Of a DNA stretch of 64,000 bases, positions 1 through 9,350 are shown piece by piece. Both the position numbers and the translations under genes were made by a program. The notes under the pieces are model-generated. The model searched no databases, was not told where the DNA came from, and saw only the letters and a list, made by a program, of their open reading frames with translations. The DNA lies in the NCBI GenBank assembly GCA_963737655.1, contig CAVTTN010000002.1, forward strand, positions 5,536,001-5,600,000. Reading direction: 5' to 3'. This DNA comes from an uncultured Planctomycetota bacterium (GTDB lineage: Bacteria; Planctomycetota; Planctomycetia; Isosphaerales; Isosphaeraceae). Numbering within the stretch: position 1 is the first letter of the stretch; each line of letters starts with the position of its first letter.

Positions 1-213
1 GGGCCCGTCTTCTTCGCCGGTCAGATCACGATCGACTCCCTGCCCGGGACGAAATCGTCCTCCCCGTTCAGCAAGGCCGGCGACTCGGGGTCGTTGATCG
101 TCGAGCGCTCGACGGGCAAGGCCGTCGGCCTCCTGTTCGCCGGCTCCGACGCCCGGACGATCGCCAACCACATCGGCGACGTTTTGGAGGCCCTGGCCGT
201 CCGCCTGGCGTGA
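1..213 (+). CDS. Trypsin-like (Nal1-type/S1) serine protease, C-terminal part; 5' end outside window
   Basis: Frame 1 reads GPVFFAGQITID...FSKAGDSGSLIVERSTGKAVGLLFAGS...ANHIGDVLEALAVRLA*; GDSGS catalytic-serine motif and VGLLFAG strand. Confidence 0.8.
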   Translation, partial: GPVFFAGQITIDSLPGTKSSSPFSKAGDSGSLIVERSTGKAVGLLFAGSDARTIANHIGDVLEALAVRLA

Positions 214-233
214 ATCGAGGAAGGCCGACGATC

Positions 234-461
234 ATGAACGACTCGCTCGAAGCGCTCCGCCAGGTCAAGGCGAGACATTCCAGGGCCCTGCTGGCGAGGC
301 CGGGGGTCTCGGGCGTCGGCATCGAGCTCGACGATCGGGGCCAGCCGGCGTTGACGGTCCACCTCGACGCCGACCGCCCCGAGGCCCGCGACGGCCTCCC
401 CGACGAGATCGAGGGGCATCCCGTCCGCTACCTCCGGACCGGGCCGTTCCGCGCACTCTGA
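234..461 (+). CDS. Small protein (75 aa) resembling the N-terminal domain of Nal1-like proteases
   Basis: GAGGAAGG upstream of ATG 234; MNDSLEALRQVKARHSRALLARPGVSGVGI...LPDEIEGHPVRYLRTGPFRAL. Confidence 0.7.
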   Translation: MNDSLEALRQVKARHSRALLARPGVSGVGIELDDRGQPALTVHLDADRPEARDGLPDEIEGHPVRYLRTGPFRAL

Positions 462-465
462 GCCG

Positions 466-590
466 ACCCCGGAAGATTCACCACGAAGCCACAAAGGCCA
501 CGAAGGAAGACACAAAGGAGTCGGTGGATTCCAGTCCTCTTCGTGTCTTCCTTCGTGGCCTTTGTGGCTTCGTGGTGAATCTTCCGGGGT
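466..590. repeat. Perfect 48-bp inverted repeat (REP-like hairpin)
   Basis: 466-513 accccggaagattcaccacgaagccacaaaggccacgaaggaagacac is the exact reverse complement of 543-590; starts 5 nt after the stop at 461. Confidence 0.9.
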
Positions 591-737
591 TTTCTCCAGG
601 GCCGGTCGAGACCGCGTCCTTCGCCCGATCCCGGCCCCTCGGCCTGTCGATTCCAGGCCCGGTCTCGCGTTTCTCCGAGGGGCCGGACCGATCGCGTCGG
701 CCCTCCGCCCGAGAATCCGACCCGAGGAGCCTCCGCC

Positions 738-1658
738 ATGTCCCGAACCTGCCTCGCCGCCTGGTTCGTCGCCCTCGCCGCGAGCCGAGGCCAGGCTCAA
801 GCCCTCCCCGAGAACCCGTTCGACTCCAACGTGAAGGTCGCCGTCTCGGCCGACAGGTGGGTCGTCCAGAGCGACGGCATCCCGACCCATCCCACCGGCG
901 ACTTCCCCAACGACACCAACCCCAACCGGATCACCAGGCAGTCGTACCGCTTCACGATCCCCCGCAAGCCGAAGAAGGCCGAGAAGACCACGCCCACGCC
1001 GTTCGGGCCGATCGGCGTGGCGATCAACGGCATCCCGTTCTACAATCCGTACAACGCCCAGGGGCGAGACGCCGTCCTCGGCCCGAACGCCGAGATCTTC
1101 GACTCCTGCTGCGGCCACCCCGACCCGATGGGCCGCTACCATTATCACAAGTACCCGGTCTGCGTGAAGTCCCCGTTCACCGACCCCAAGGGCCAGCACT
1201 CGCCGCTCCTCGGGTTCCTGTTCGACGGCTTCCCCCTCTACGGCCCGAACGGCACCGACGGCCAGCCGCCCAAAGACCTGGACGAATGCAACGGCCACGA
1301 GGACGCCGATCGCGGCTACCACTACCACGTCACGGCCAAATATCCCTACTTGATCGGGGCCTACCGAGGCACGCCTGACGCCTCGAACATCGACCGACCC
1401 CGCTTCCCCGGCCGCAACGGCCCGTTCCAGATGGGCCCCGGAGGCCGTCCGCCGCTCCCGCCGATCATGAAGGCCCTCGACAAGGACGGGGACGGCCAGC
1501 TCTCGACCCAGGAGATCCAGGACGCCGCCGAATCGCTCAAGACGCTCGACAAGGACGGAGACGGCCAGCTCTCGCCCGAGGAGCTCCGCCCGCCGCGACC
1601 CGAAAGGCCGGGCCCGGCGGGGCCGAGCGATCGGGAGGGCCGGCCGGGAGATCGATGA
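738..1658 (+). CDS. Secreted YHYH-domain protein with two C-terminal EF-hands
   Basis: Signal peptide; two YHYH motifs (GRYHYHK, GYHYHVT); [10 protein letters not shown]-hand loops [12 protein letters not shown] and [12 protein letters not shown]. Confidence 0.9.
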   Translation: MSRTCLAAWFVALAASRGQAQALPENPFDSNVKVAVSADRWVVQSDGIPTHPTGDFPNDTNPNRITRQSYRFTIPRKPKKAEKTTPTPFGPIGVAINGIPFYNPYNAQGRDAVLGPNAEIFDSCCGHPDPMGRYHYHKYPVCVKSPFTDPKGQHSPLLGFLFDGFPLYGPNGTDGQPPKDLDECNGHEDADRGYHYHVTAKYPYLIGAYRGTPDASNIDRPRFPGRNGPFQMGPGGRPPLPPIMKALDKDGDGQLSTQEIQDAAESLKTLDKDGDGQLSPEELRPPRPERPGPAGPSDREGRPGDR

Positions 1659-1724
1659 GCCGGTACGCCTACCGTCGGATCACCTCACCCTGTTCCGTCC
1701 CTCGATCCGACCTTCCCGCGTCGC

Positions 1725-2147
1725 TCAGGCCGCCTGCTCGGCCCGACGCTTCAGGGCCGAGGCGAACTCGTCGAACGACGGCTGGAGGTCGGGGATCGAT
1801 TTCGTGATCAGGCCCGCCATCGGCCCGGAGAACACCTCCCGCATGGAGAACTCGACCCCGCCATCTCGGGGCGTGAGCGTGTAGGTCCGCTCCCCCTTGA
1901 ACAGGCCCAGGGGCATCCCGCCGGTCCAGACCATCCGCCGAGGGGCGTCGAATTCGCTCACGCGGACCGGGAACGCCCGCCCCGGGCTGACCTTCGTCGA
2001 GACGGTCACCCGGCCCCCGGCCACGATCGCCCCCTCCACCTTCTCGACCGTCGGGTTCCAACCCACCCACCCGGGCCCGTCGGTCAGGAGGCCCCAGACG
2101 ACGTCCGGGCTCGCGTGGATGAACGTGGAGACGGCGAATGACTTCAT
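1725..2147 (-). CDS. SRPBCC/START family protein
   Basis: MKSFAVSTFIHASPDVVWGLLTD...WNPTV...MVWTGGMPLGLFKGERTYTL...FDEFASALKRRAE. Confidence 0.85.
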   Translation of the reverse strand: MKSFAVSTFIHASPDVVWGLLTDGPGWVGWNPTVEKVEGAIVAGGRVTVSTKVSPGRAFPVRVSEFDAPRRMVWTGGMPLGLFKGERTYTLTPRDGGVEFSMREVFSGPMAGLITKSIPDLQPSFDEFASALKRRAEQAA

Positions 2148-2341
2148 CGGGTCTTCCCTTGTTCGATCGTCCGGTGGAGGCCGGGCCCGGCGAATCGAGC
2201 GACCGGACCCGGACGGCGTCCACACCCTAGGGGAGCCGGATGTCGAGAGCAACCAGAATCGACGCGAACCAAAATATCAATAAATCATCAATTCAATTAC
2301 ATAAAACAACGACCGCTCGCTACGGCCGCCGTCGAGCCAGG

Positions 2342-2500
2342 TCACGCCTTCGTGCCCCTCGGTGCCCATTCCTCCCGGTGGAGCGACGGCCCATCCAGGT
2401 GCAGGCGGACGCGGTTCAGGACATTCCGGCCGATGACCCCGACCTCCGAATCGACCAGGAGGGAGCGACCGCGGAAGGACTTGTTCAGGACGACGAGGAC
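2342..2500 (-). pseudogene. Possible C-terminal remnant of a retropepsin-like aspartyl protease gene
   Basis: FRGRSLLVDSEVGVIGRNVLNRVRLHLDGP resembles the xLGRxxLN C-terminus of clan AA proteases; no DTG N-terminal half found. Confidence 0.35.
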
Positions 2501-2574
2501 GGCGAGACGAGGACACCATCCTGAATCTGCCCGGCCCCGGTCCATTCCATGGAATGGTCCTCGTCATATTTTCG

Positions 2575-2835
2575 TTATTTTTGAACATCTTTTAGCAAAT
2601 CATGCGACACAATGACATCCAGCCCAGAATGATCTTGACGCCATCGGAAATCGAACTCATCAATGTGCGCATGATCAGAACGCCAATCGCCGAACTCGAT
2701 CCGGTCGGCGGAATGCCGTAGGAACGACGCGACGCGACGAAGGTCGGCGGGGCTCAGTGCGAAGCTGATCTCACGCATCTCCAAGAGCCAAAATTCGGGA
2801 TTGATGACCGCTCGTTGATACCCATAGACCGGCAT
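2575..2835 (-). CDS. Small hypothetical protein, Imm32-like immunity candidate
   Basis: GGAGG-containing RBS; MPVYGY...EISFALSPADLRRVASFL...HAHIDEFD...DVIV; lower GC than flanks. Confidence 0.55.
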   Translation of the reverse strand: MPVYGYQRAVINPEFWLLEMREISFALSPADLRRVASFLRHSADRIEFGDWRSDHAHIDEFDFRWRQDHSGLDVIVSHDLLKDVQK

Positions 2836-2895
2836 CCCTGACCTCCCCTCCACCGACTGACTCGGCCCGATACCGACCCGTCATTTCGCTCGCGA

Positions 2896-3759
2896 TCACC
2901 CGCTCTGCCACCGCCTCGGCGCCGCGCCGTCGAACTTCCCGGTCGGCGCGGCGAACTTGACTCCGACTTGCCAGAGCATCTCGGGCTGGTGCTTGGCGAG
3001 GAGGTATTTCATCACGACTTCGTCCGAGGGCGGCATGCCCGGGTCCTGGAAGACCACGCAGAGCCTGGCTTCTCCTCGGAGCGTCTTCGCGTCCCAGACC
3101 TCGATCAGGGCGTGGGGGCGCCTCGGGATTCGGTAGAACTTGCCGTTGTTCTCGACCGTCACGCGGTCGAACCGGCAGAATTCGTCGAACTCCTTGGGCT
3201 GCACCACGTCCCTCACGAGCTCGGCGGCGACGAGCTCGGGGACCCCGGAGGTCTCGCCCGAGACCTCGACCTTCATCGGCTCGTCCTCGCGGGTCGGGCC
3301 GGGTTGGCTCCGGCCTTCGATCACCCGGAACGTCTCGTATTCGACGAGCCTGGCGTATCCGGCCCGGAGCGCGGCGTTCTCGATGACCATCTGCGGGAAC
3401 TTCGAGGCCGCCCTCACCACTTCATGAGAAAACGCGCTCACCTCTCTCTGGAGCTTCTCCATCCAGAATCGCGGGGTCTTGAGGCGGTCGCTCTCGGAGT
3501 AGCGGAAGACGTGGGGGCCGACGTCGGGCACGGTCACGTCGACCTCGGCGGCGGGGCGGTCGCGGACCCTCAGCACCTCGTCGTAATTGGCCTCGCCCCG
3601 GAGGAACCGCTCGGCCGTGGCCTGCTGGCTGACGGCCTTCACCCGGACGACTCGGTACGAGGGCCGGGCCCGCAAGGTCACCTCGCGGGCGGTCGGATCG
3701 ACGGGGCTGCGCTCGTCGCCCGCCTCGATCTCCCATCGCAGATAGCCGGTTCGGATCAT
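2896..3759 (-). CDS. Hypothetical protein (287 aa), partner of the GG-terminated protein; C-terminal YRI..LC..P..D..K domain
   Basis: Clean GC3-biased ORF 40 bp downstream of the 3800-4027 gene, GAGG before ATG. Confidence 0.8.
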   Translation of the reverse strand: MIRTGYLRWEIEAGDERSPVDPTAREVTLRARPSYRVVRVKAVSQQATAERFLRGEANYDEVLRVRDRPAAEVDVTVPDVGPHVFRYSESDRLKTPRFWMEKLQREVSAFSHEVVRAASKFPQMVIENAALRAGYARLVEYETFRVIEGRSQPGPTREDEPMKVEVSGETSGVPELVAAELVRDVVQPKEFDEFCRFDRVTVENNGKFYRIPRRPHALIEVWDAKTLRGEARLCVVFQDPGMPPSDEVVMKYLLAKHQPEMLWQVGVKFAAPTGKFDGAAPRRWQSG

Positions 3760-3799
3760 GCCTCGATCCGATCGCCGAGGGGTTCGCCCCCGGGACCGC

Positions 3800-4027
3800 T
3801 CAGCCTCCCTGGATGGCCGGGACGAGGAGGATTTCGGGGGCCGTCGCGTCGAACTCGCGGATCGGCCGGGTCTGGCCGGGCCCGTCGAGCCGGAAGGCCA
3901 TCCGGCCCCCGGTGAAGTTCTCGGCGAACGTCGAGCGGGCGAAGTCGATCGTCTCGGGCCGCTTCGGGTCCCACTCGGCCAGGCACAAATCTCCGTGGCC
4001 GGTCTTCAGCAAACGCAGCTTGGCCAT
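3800..4027 (-). CDS. Small protein (75 aa) ending in Gly-Gly; candidate ubiquitin-like modifier
   Basis: AAGGAG RBS 9 nt before ATG 4027; MAKLRLLKTGHGDLCLAEWDP...IREFDATAPEILLVPAIQGG*. Confidence 0.85.
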   Translation of the reverse strand: MAKLRLLKTGHGDLCLAEWDPKRPETIDFARSTFAENFTGGRMAFRLDGPGQTRPIREFDATAPEILLVPAIQGG

Positions 4028-4160
4028 GAGAGCGAACTCCTTGTAATCTCGGCCGCGGTCGCGGCTCCGTCCTTCCCTTCCCTCACCTCGGGATGCCCCC
4101 ATTGTAGTCAAGCCGGTCGGTTCAGGCCAGCGCGGAGCGAGAGGAGTCCGCGACTCGATC

Positions 4161-5639
4161 TCACCCGTGGAGGAGGCGGCGATAGATCGCCAGGAGGCGG
4201 CCGAGGCGATCGGAGTAGGGGAAGAGGTGAGGTCGGAAGCCCCCGGGTCGTCGCTCGTGGATCGCCTGAGCCTGGACGAATTCGCGGAGTCCTTCGGCGC
4301 CCCGGGTCCGGCCGAATCCGCTCGCCTTCATCCCGCCGAACGGGGCCGAGGCGAGGCCGGCGAAGGTCACCGCGTCGTTGATCGCGACCATCCCCGCCTC
4401 CAGCCGCGAGGCGACGGCCCTCGCCGCCCGGAGATCGCGGCCCCAGACGCTCGCCCCGAGGCCGAATTCGCCCGAATTCGCGGCGACGATCGCGGCTTCC
4501 GTGTTCGGTACTCCCCGGACGATCACCGCCGGGCCGAACCCGCCGGAAAGCGCCGATTCCGCCTCGGGGCGATCGGCAAGAAGGACCGTCGGCGGGTAGA
4601 ACGCCCCCAAACCGTCGGGGATCTCGCCTCCGCACAGAGGCTCGGCGCCGGCGGCGATCGCGGCCAGGATCTTTCGATGGAACCCCTCGCGGGCCTCGGG
4701 CGAGATCATCGGCCCAAGGTCCGTCCCCGCGACCGTCGGGTCTCCCATCCGGAGCGATCGGGCCCGGTCGGCCAGCGATCGGGCGAGCGGTCGGGCATCG
4801 CCAATCCCATAAATTCGCTTGATCGCGATGCACGTCTGCCCGCAGCCGACGAACGCCCCCCAGAGGAGGCCGCGGAGCGTCGTATCTCCGGGGGCATCGG
4901 GCAAGACGATCGCCGGATCGAACCCGGAAAGCTCGACCACGCCGGGAATGCCCCGGGCCGCCAGGGTCGAGGCGACCGATCGGCCCGCCGCGACCCCTCC
5001 GGTGAAGACGCCCTTGGCGATGTCGGCCGCGAGCATCGCCCGAGCGACCTCGGGACCGCCGATCAGCGTCGTGACGAGGCCCTCGGGCAAGCCCGATTCG
5101 GCCAGACGATCGGCGATCTTCGTCGCGAACCGGGCCGACCGCTCCGATGGCTTCCACGCCACCGCGTTCCCCGCCGCGAGGGCCTGGACCAGCGTCGAAA
5201 CATCGAGCAACAGCGGATAATTCCACGTGCCGACGATCCCGACCACGCCGAACGGCCGCCAGCGGACGACGGCCGGACTCATCAGGAGCAGCCGTTGCAT
5301 CCCCGGCCCGGCGCGGCCGTTGCGAAGGAGCCTGGCCGCGTGGCGAGTGGTCCAGCGGATCGAATCGAGGGTCGCGGCGACCTCGATCTCGGCCTCGCCC
5401 CGGGGCTTGCCGACCTCCTCGGCGATCGCCAGGGCCAGACTCTCGGCATCTCGCGAGAGGATCGCCCGGAGCCGATCGAGGACGCGGAGCCGATCGCGAA
5501 TCGGCCGCTCGGACCAGGCGATTTGCACCTCGCCGGCCCGGGCCACCAGCGCCGAAACGGCCTCGGGCGGGGTCGTCGCGACCCGCGCGAGCTCGGCGCC
5601 CGAGGCGGGGTTCCGGGCGATCAGGTCGTCATCGCTCAT
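4161..5639 (-). CDS. Aldehyde dehydrogenase family protein
   Basis: WNYP, KPSE, FTGG, catalytic Glu (VELSG) and Cys (GQTC), APFGGMKASGFGR. Confidence 0.95.
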   Translation of the reverse strand: MSDDDLIARNPASGAELARVATTPPEAVSALVARAGEVQIAWSERPIRDRLRVLDRLRAILSRDAESLALAIAEEVGKPRGEAEIEVAATLDSIRWTTRHAARLLRNGRAGPGMQRLLLMSPAVVRWRPFGVVGIVGTWNYPLLLDVSTLVQALAAGNAVAWKPSERSARFATKIADRLAESGLPEGLVTTLIGGPEVARAMLAADIAKGVFTGGVAAGRSVASTLAARGIPGVVELSGFDPAIVLPDAPGDTTLRGLLWGAFVGCGQTCIAIKRIYGIGDARPLARSLADRARSLRMGDPTVAGTDLGPMISPEAREGFHRKILAAIAAGAEPLCGGEIPDGLGAFYPPTVLLADRPEAESALSGGFGPAVIVRGVPNTEAAIVAANSGEFGLGASVWGRDLRAARAVASRLEAGMVAINDAVTFAGLASAPFGGMKASGFGRTRGAEGLREFVQAQAIHERRPGGFRPHLFPYSDRLGRLLAIYRRLLHG

Positions 5640-5642
5640 CGA

Positions 5643-6592
5643 TCACGTCGCCTTGAGGCCAACGCCCTCCATGCCGAGGGCCGGCAGGATCGGCGCATCC
5701 TTCGGCCGATCCACGTAGCACGGCCACGACAGGTGCGCCACGGCCTCGGCCGGGTTGGCGAGGATCTCGCGTTCGAGGCGTTCGAGGTAGGTCGGCACGG
5801 CGGTCTTCGGGTCGGGATGGAACGGCGGGTCGAACGTGATCGCGTAACGACCGCCCGGCCGGTGGAGGCAGAACACCGGGACGACCGGGCTTCTCGCGAT
5901 CGCCGCCAGGTCGGCCCAGACGCCCTGGAACAGCGCCGATCGGCCGAGCAATCGCCCCGGCCGGGCATGGCACGACGGCCACGGGATATCGCCGCTCAAA
6001 TAGATCGCCATCCCCTCGCGAAGCGCCGCCGGGCCCGGACCAGTTTCTCGGCCCCCTCCCCCGCCGGCATCCGCCGCCTCAGGAAGAAGCCCGATTGGGG
6101 ATGAGGGCCGTCGGCACGATCGAACGCCGAACTCAAGAACTTCGAGACATGCCCCGGCCTTTGAACAAACAACCGGACCGGGACGCCCTTGCGATAAAGC
6201 CAATGAATACCCGCCAGGTAGGCCCCCAGATGGCAACCCAGCAACAGAACGCCTCGTCCCTTGGATCGAGCGGCCTCGACATGCTCATAACCCCTCACCT
6301 CGAACCGGGCCAGCGCCGATTCATCGCCCAGGCCATCCAGGAGGCAATCGCGGGCCACGAACCGGGCCAGATTCGAACCCAGGGATCGCCGGACCGCCCC
6401 GACCGACCAATCCGCCTTGAGGGCCTGGCGAGCGGCCACGATCTCACCCGAGGAGAACCGTCCCGGGAGCGAAACAAGCCGCCCCAGAGCCGAGAGGGCC
6501 GCATCCCCCCGCGACGGCCCGAGCCATCGCAGGAAGGGCAACAGAGCGTCATAGAACAGCGTCTTCCAGTGGAGCAGGCGGCGCAAGGTCAT
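5643..6592 (-). CDS. LpxL-like lysophospholipid acyltransferase (apparent frameshift near 6030)
   Basis: VRGYEHVEAARSKGRGVLLLGCHLG in ORF 5996-6592 continues as ALREGMAIYLSGD...YLERLEREILANP in ORF 5643-6236. Confidence 0.8.
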
Positions 6593-6616
6593 GGTGCGTT
6601 CCTTCGCGAGGGCCCG

Positions 6617-7681
6617 TCACTTCACCACGGTGGTGATGAATGACGAGAGTTCGGCCAGCCCCGGGCCGCTGAATCGGGCCTGATAGGCATAGATCCGCCG
6701 GAGCGAGGGGATCTTCCTCAAACCGGCGATCGCGGGATCGCCCACGGATGTCCCATCGATCCAGAGATCTTCGAGTCTTTCGATGCCCTGGAGGCCCCGA
6801 ATGCCTCGATCGGTCACCTGCGTCCCGGAGAGAACAAGCGATCTCAGACGCTTCGCCTTCGTGAGGTAGGGGAGGCCGTCGTCTCCGACCGCCGACTCCG
6901 CCAGGGCGAGATGTTCGAGGGAATCCAACGATTCCAGGGACGCGAGGCCCGGATCGCCGACCTTGGTGTAATTCAGGTCCAGATCCTTGAGATTCTTCAT
7001 TTTTTCGAGATGCATGAGGCCGGCATCACCGACGTCGGTCCCCAGAAGGGACAGAAGCCTCAGGTCCTTCAGCCGCCCCACGGGCGCGAGGTCCGAATCC
7101 CGGATCGTCGTCACGTCGAGCCAGAGGGAAGCGAGGTGGGGCATCCGATCCAGAGCCTCGAGCCCATGCCCTCCGAAGTTGATCCCATTCAAGCGCAGCC
7201 AGGTCAGGTGGTTCAGCGGACCCAGGCAAGCGAGGCCATCACCGGTGATCGAAGTGTATTCCAGGCACAGGTATTCCAGGCATGGCCTCGGACCGATCCG
7301 TCGGAGCCAGGAATCATCGATTTTCTCGCCGATCAGGGACAGGGACCTCAGATCATGAAGTGCCCCGATCTGGTCGGCGAGCGATTCGCCATCGTTGAAG
7401 GTCAGATCGACCCCCAGGACGGTGTGGAAATAATCCTCGCCGAGCCGAGCCTGGAGCCAGGCCGGGACCCACGAGACGGCCCGCGCCCGGGCGGGCTGGT
7501 CTTGAGTGTCGTGTTCGTAGTCGTAGGCAACCACGCCTCCCGCCTTGCGAATCGCCTCGACGGCCCTCCGCTGGGTCCGCGCCTCGTTCACGAACTTCGC
7601 CAGCAAGACGGCGAAGGCCGCGATCAGAAGCATCGAACCGCGAAGGGTCAGGCGCCTCCATCGCGGTTTCGGGATCGTCAT
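6617..7681 (-). CDS. Membrane-anchored leucine-rich-repeat protein (planctomycete type)
   Basis: N-terminal RLTLRGSMLLIAAFAVLL helix; repeated LxxLxLxxTxVxDxGLxxL. Confidence 0.9.
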   Translation of the reverse strand: MTIPKPRWRRLTLRGSMLLIAAFAVLLAKFVNEARTQRRAVEAIRKAGGVVAYDYEHDTQDQPARARAVSWVPAWLQARLGEDYFHTVLGVDLTFNDGESLADQIGALHDLRSLSLIGEKIDDSWLRRIGPRPCLEYLCLEYTSITGDGLACLGPLNHLTWLRLNGINFGGHGLEALDRMPHLASLWLDVTTIRDSDLAPVGRLKDLRLLSLLGTDVGDAGLMHLEKMKNLKDLDLNYTKVGDPGLASLESLDSLEHLALAESAVGDDGLPYLTKAKRLRSLVLSGTQVTDRGIRGLQGIERLEDLWIDGTSVGDPAIAGLRKIPSLRRIYAYQARFSGPGLAELSSFITTVVK

Positions 7682-7726
7682 CGGTGCGTCCTCGGTGGCC
7701 GATCGCTCGTTGCGGGGCTTCGCCGA

Positions 7727-9304
7727 TTATCCGGCGCGGCCGTCGTCGGTCAAATGGGTGAGCGTCTGGTAGTCCACTTTATCCGTCGAGGTCGTCGGGA
7801 GCCTGGGGACGAATGCGACGCGATCCGGGATCATGTAGTGCGGTAGATACGTCGTGCAATGTCGCTTCATGGCGATGATCGAGGCTTTCCGGCCCGGCTT
7901 CATCGCCACGAACGCGGCGATGGCCACGCCGTCTTCGCCCGGATTGGCGACGACGGCCGCCGATTCGACGTCTTCGTGCCGGTTCAGGGCCGATTCGATC
8001 TCGCCGAGCTCGATCCGGTAGCCCCGCTTCTTGACCATCCGGTCGCGGCGCCCCCGGAACCGCAGGACGCCCGAGCCGTCGTCCTCCACGAGGTCGCCGG
8101 TCCGATACCAGTGGCGAGCGTCGTCGAGGAAGGCGAGGGCCGTGAGGTCGGGGCGGCCGAAGTAGCCTCGCATCACCCCCGGGCCGGCGATCAGGAGCTC
8201 GCCGACCGTCCCGAGCGGCACTTCCCCCCCCGATTCATCCACGATTTTTGACTTCAAAGGTGCGCACACCCGGCCGATCGGGAACGGCTCGGCTCGATCG
8301 GCGGGGATCGTCCGGGGCAGGCGGAACGCGGTGCAGACGTTGGTCTCGGTCGGCCCGTAAAGGTTCCACATTTCCGCATTCGGCCACATGTCCCGAAGTC
8401 GCTTCAACGGGCGGATCGCGAACACCTCGCCCGCGAACAGGACGAGCCTCGGCGCCGGGAACGCGGCGCGGTCGATCCCCCCATGCTCGACGAGCAGGGA
8501 GAGGATCGACGGGGCCGAGTACCAGACATCCACGCGTTTTTCGTGCAAGAACGCGCCGAGCCGTGCCGGGTCCCGGCCGAGCGATTCGCCGACGAGGACG
8601 AGCGTGCCCCCGCGTCGGCAGGAGGCGAAGAGGTCGAGGATCGAGAGGTCGAAATGAAACGGCGCATGAGAGGCGAACCGCTCGCCGTCGCGGAGGCCGA
8701 GGGCGTGGTCGCACCAATCGAGGAAGGAAAACGCGTTGCGATGAGAGAGCATCACGCCCTTGGGCGTCCCGGTCGAGCCCGAGGTGTAGAGGATGTACGC
8801 GAGGTCGTCCGGGCGGCACGTGGGCGGCAGGGGCGAGGGGGCGTCGTCGGCCTGGATGGCGTCCCAATCGGCGTCGGGCGCGGCGACGGCGGATCCGCCC
8901 CCGACGACCACGAGCCGGGGCCGGAGGCCCCTCGACGGCCAGGCGAGGCGGAGGCTCGGGGCGAGCGATCCGGCGACGATCGCGGCGCGGACCCCGCAAT
9001 CGGCGAGGATCGCGGCCCCTCGGCCGATCGGCGCGGCCGGGTCGATCGGGACGTACGCCGCGCCGGTCCGCAAGATGCCGTGGATCGCGGCCACGGATTC
9101 GAGGCCCTTGGGCAGCATCAGCCCCACGCGGTCGCCCCGGCCCACGCCCCATCGGGCGAGCCGGGCGGCGAGGCGGTCGGCCGCGAGATGGAGCCCGGAA
9201 TAGGAGAGCGAGCGGCCGGATTCGTCCTCGACGGCCGGACGGTCGGGCCACAGGGCGGCGGGGCGATCGAGGAGGTCGGTGAGGAGCGTGGCTTCCGTGC
9301 TCAT
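7727..9304 (-). CDS. Stand-alone amino-acid adenylation enzyme (DltA-like)
   Basis: LAYILYTSGSTGTPKG, FDLS, NLYGPTE, YRTGD, GYRIELGEIE, C-terminal Lys motif PTTSTDKVD; no C or PCP domain. Confidence 0.92.
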   Translation of the reverse strand: MSTEATLLTDLLDRPAALWPDRPAVEDESGRSLSYSGLHLAADRLAARLARWGVGRGDRVGLMLPKGLESVAAIHGILRTGAAYVPIDPAAPIGRGAAILADCGVRAAIVAGSLAPSLRLAWPSRGLRPRLVVVGGGSAVAAPDADWDAIQADDAPSPLPPTCRPDDLAYILYTSGSTGTPKGVMLSHRNAFSFLDWCDHALGLRDGERFASHAPFHFDLSILDLFASCRRGGTLVLVGESLGRDPARLGAFLHEKRVDVWYSAPSILSLLVEHGGIDRAAFPAPRLVLFAGEVFAIRPLKRLRDMWPNAEMWNLYGPTETNVCTAFRLPRTIPADRAEPFPIGRVCAPLKSKIVDESGGEVPLGTVGELLIAGPGVMRGYFGRPDLTALAFLDDARHWYRTGDLVEDDGSGVLRFRGRRDRMVKKRGYRIELGEIESALNRHEDVESAAVVANPGEDGVAIAAFVAMKPGRKASIIAMKRHCTTYLPHYMIPDRVAFVPRLPTTSTDKVDYQTLTHLTDDGRAG

Positions 9305-9350
9305 GAAGTCCTCCGAGCATCCTTTGGGGCGGGTGGCGCCCGCCCCGGGT

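Noticed and set aside
466..590. Possible CRISPR array
   Set aside because: Inverted rather than direct repeats, no spacers, no cas genes
3800..9304. Idea that the GG protein is the missing carrier for the adenylation enzyme
   Set aside because: No phosphopantetheine-Ser (DSL-type) motif; ANL-family enzymes are not known to activate GG tails; the GG gene has its own RBS and a separate partner
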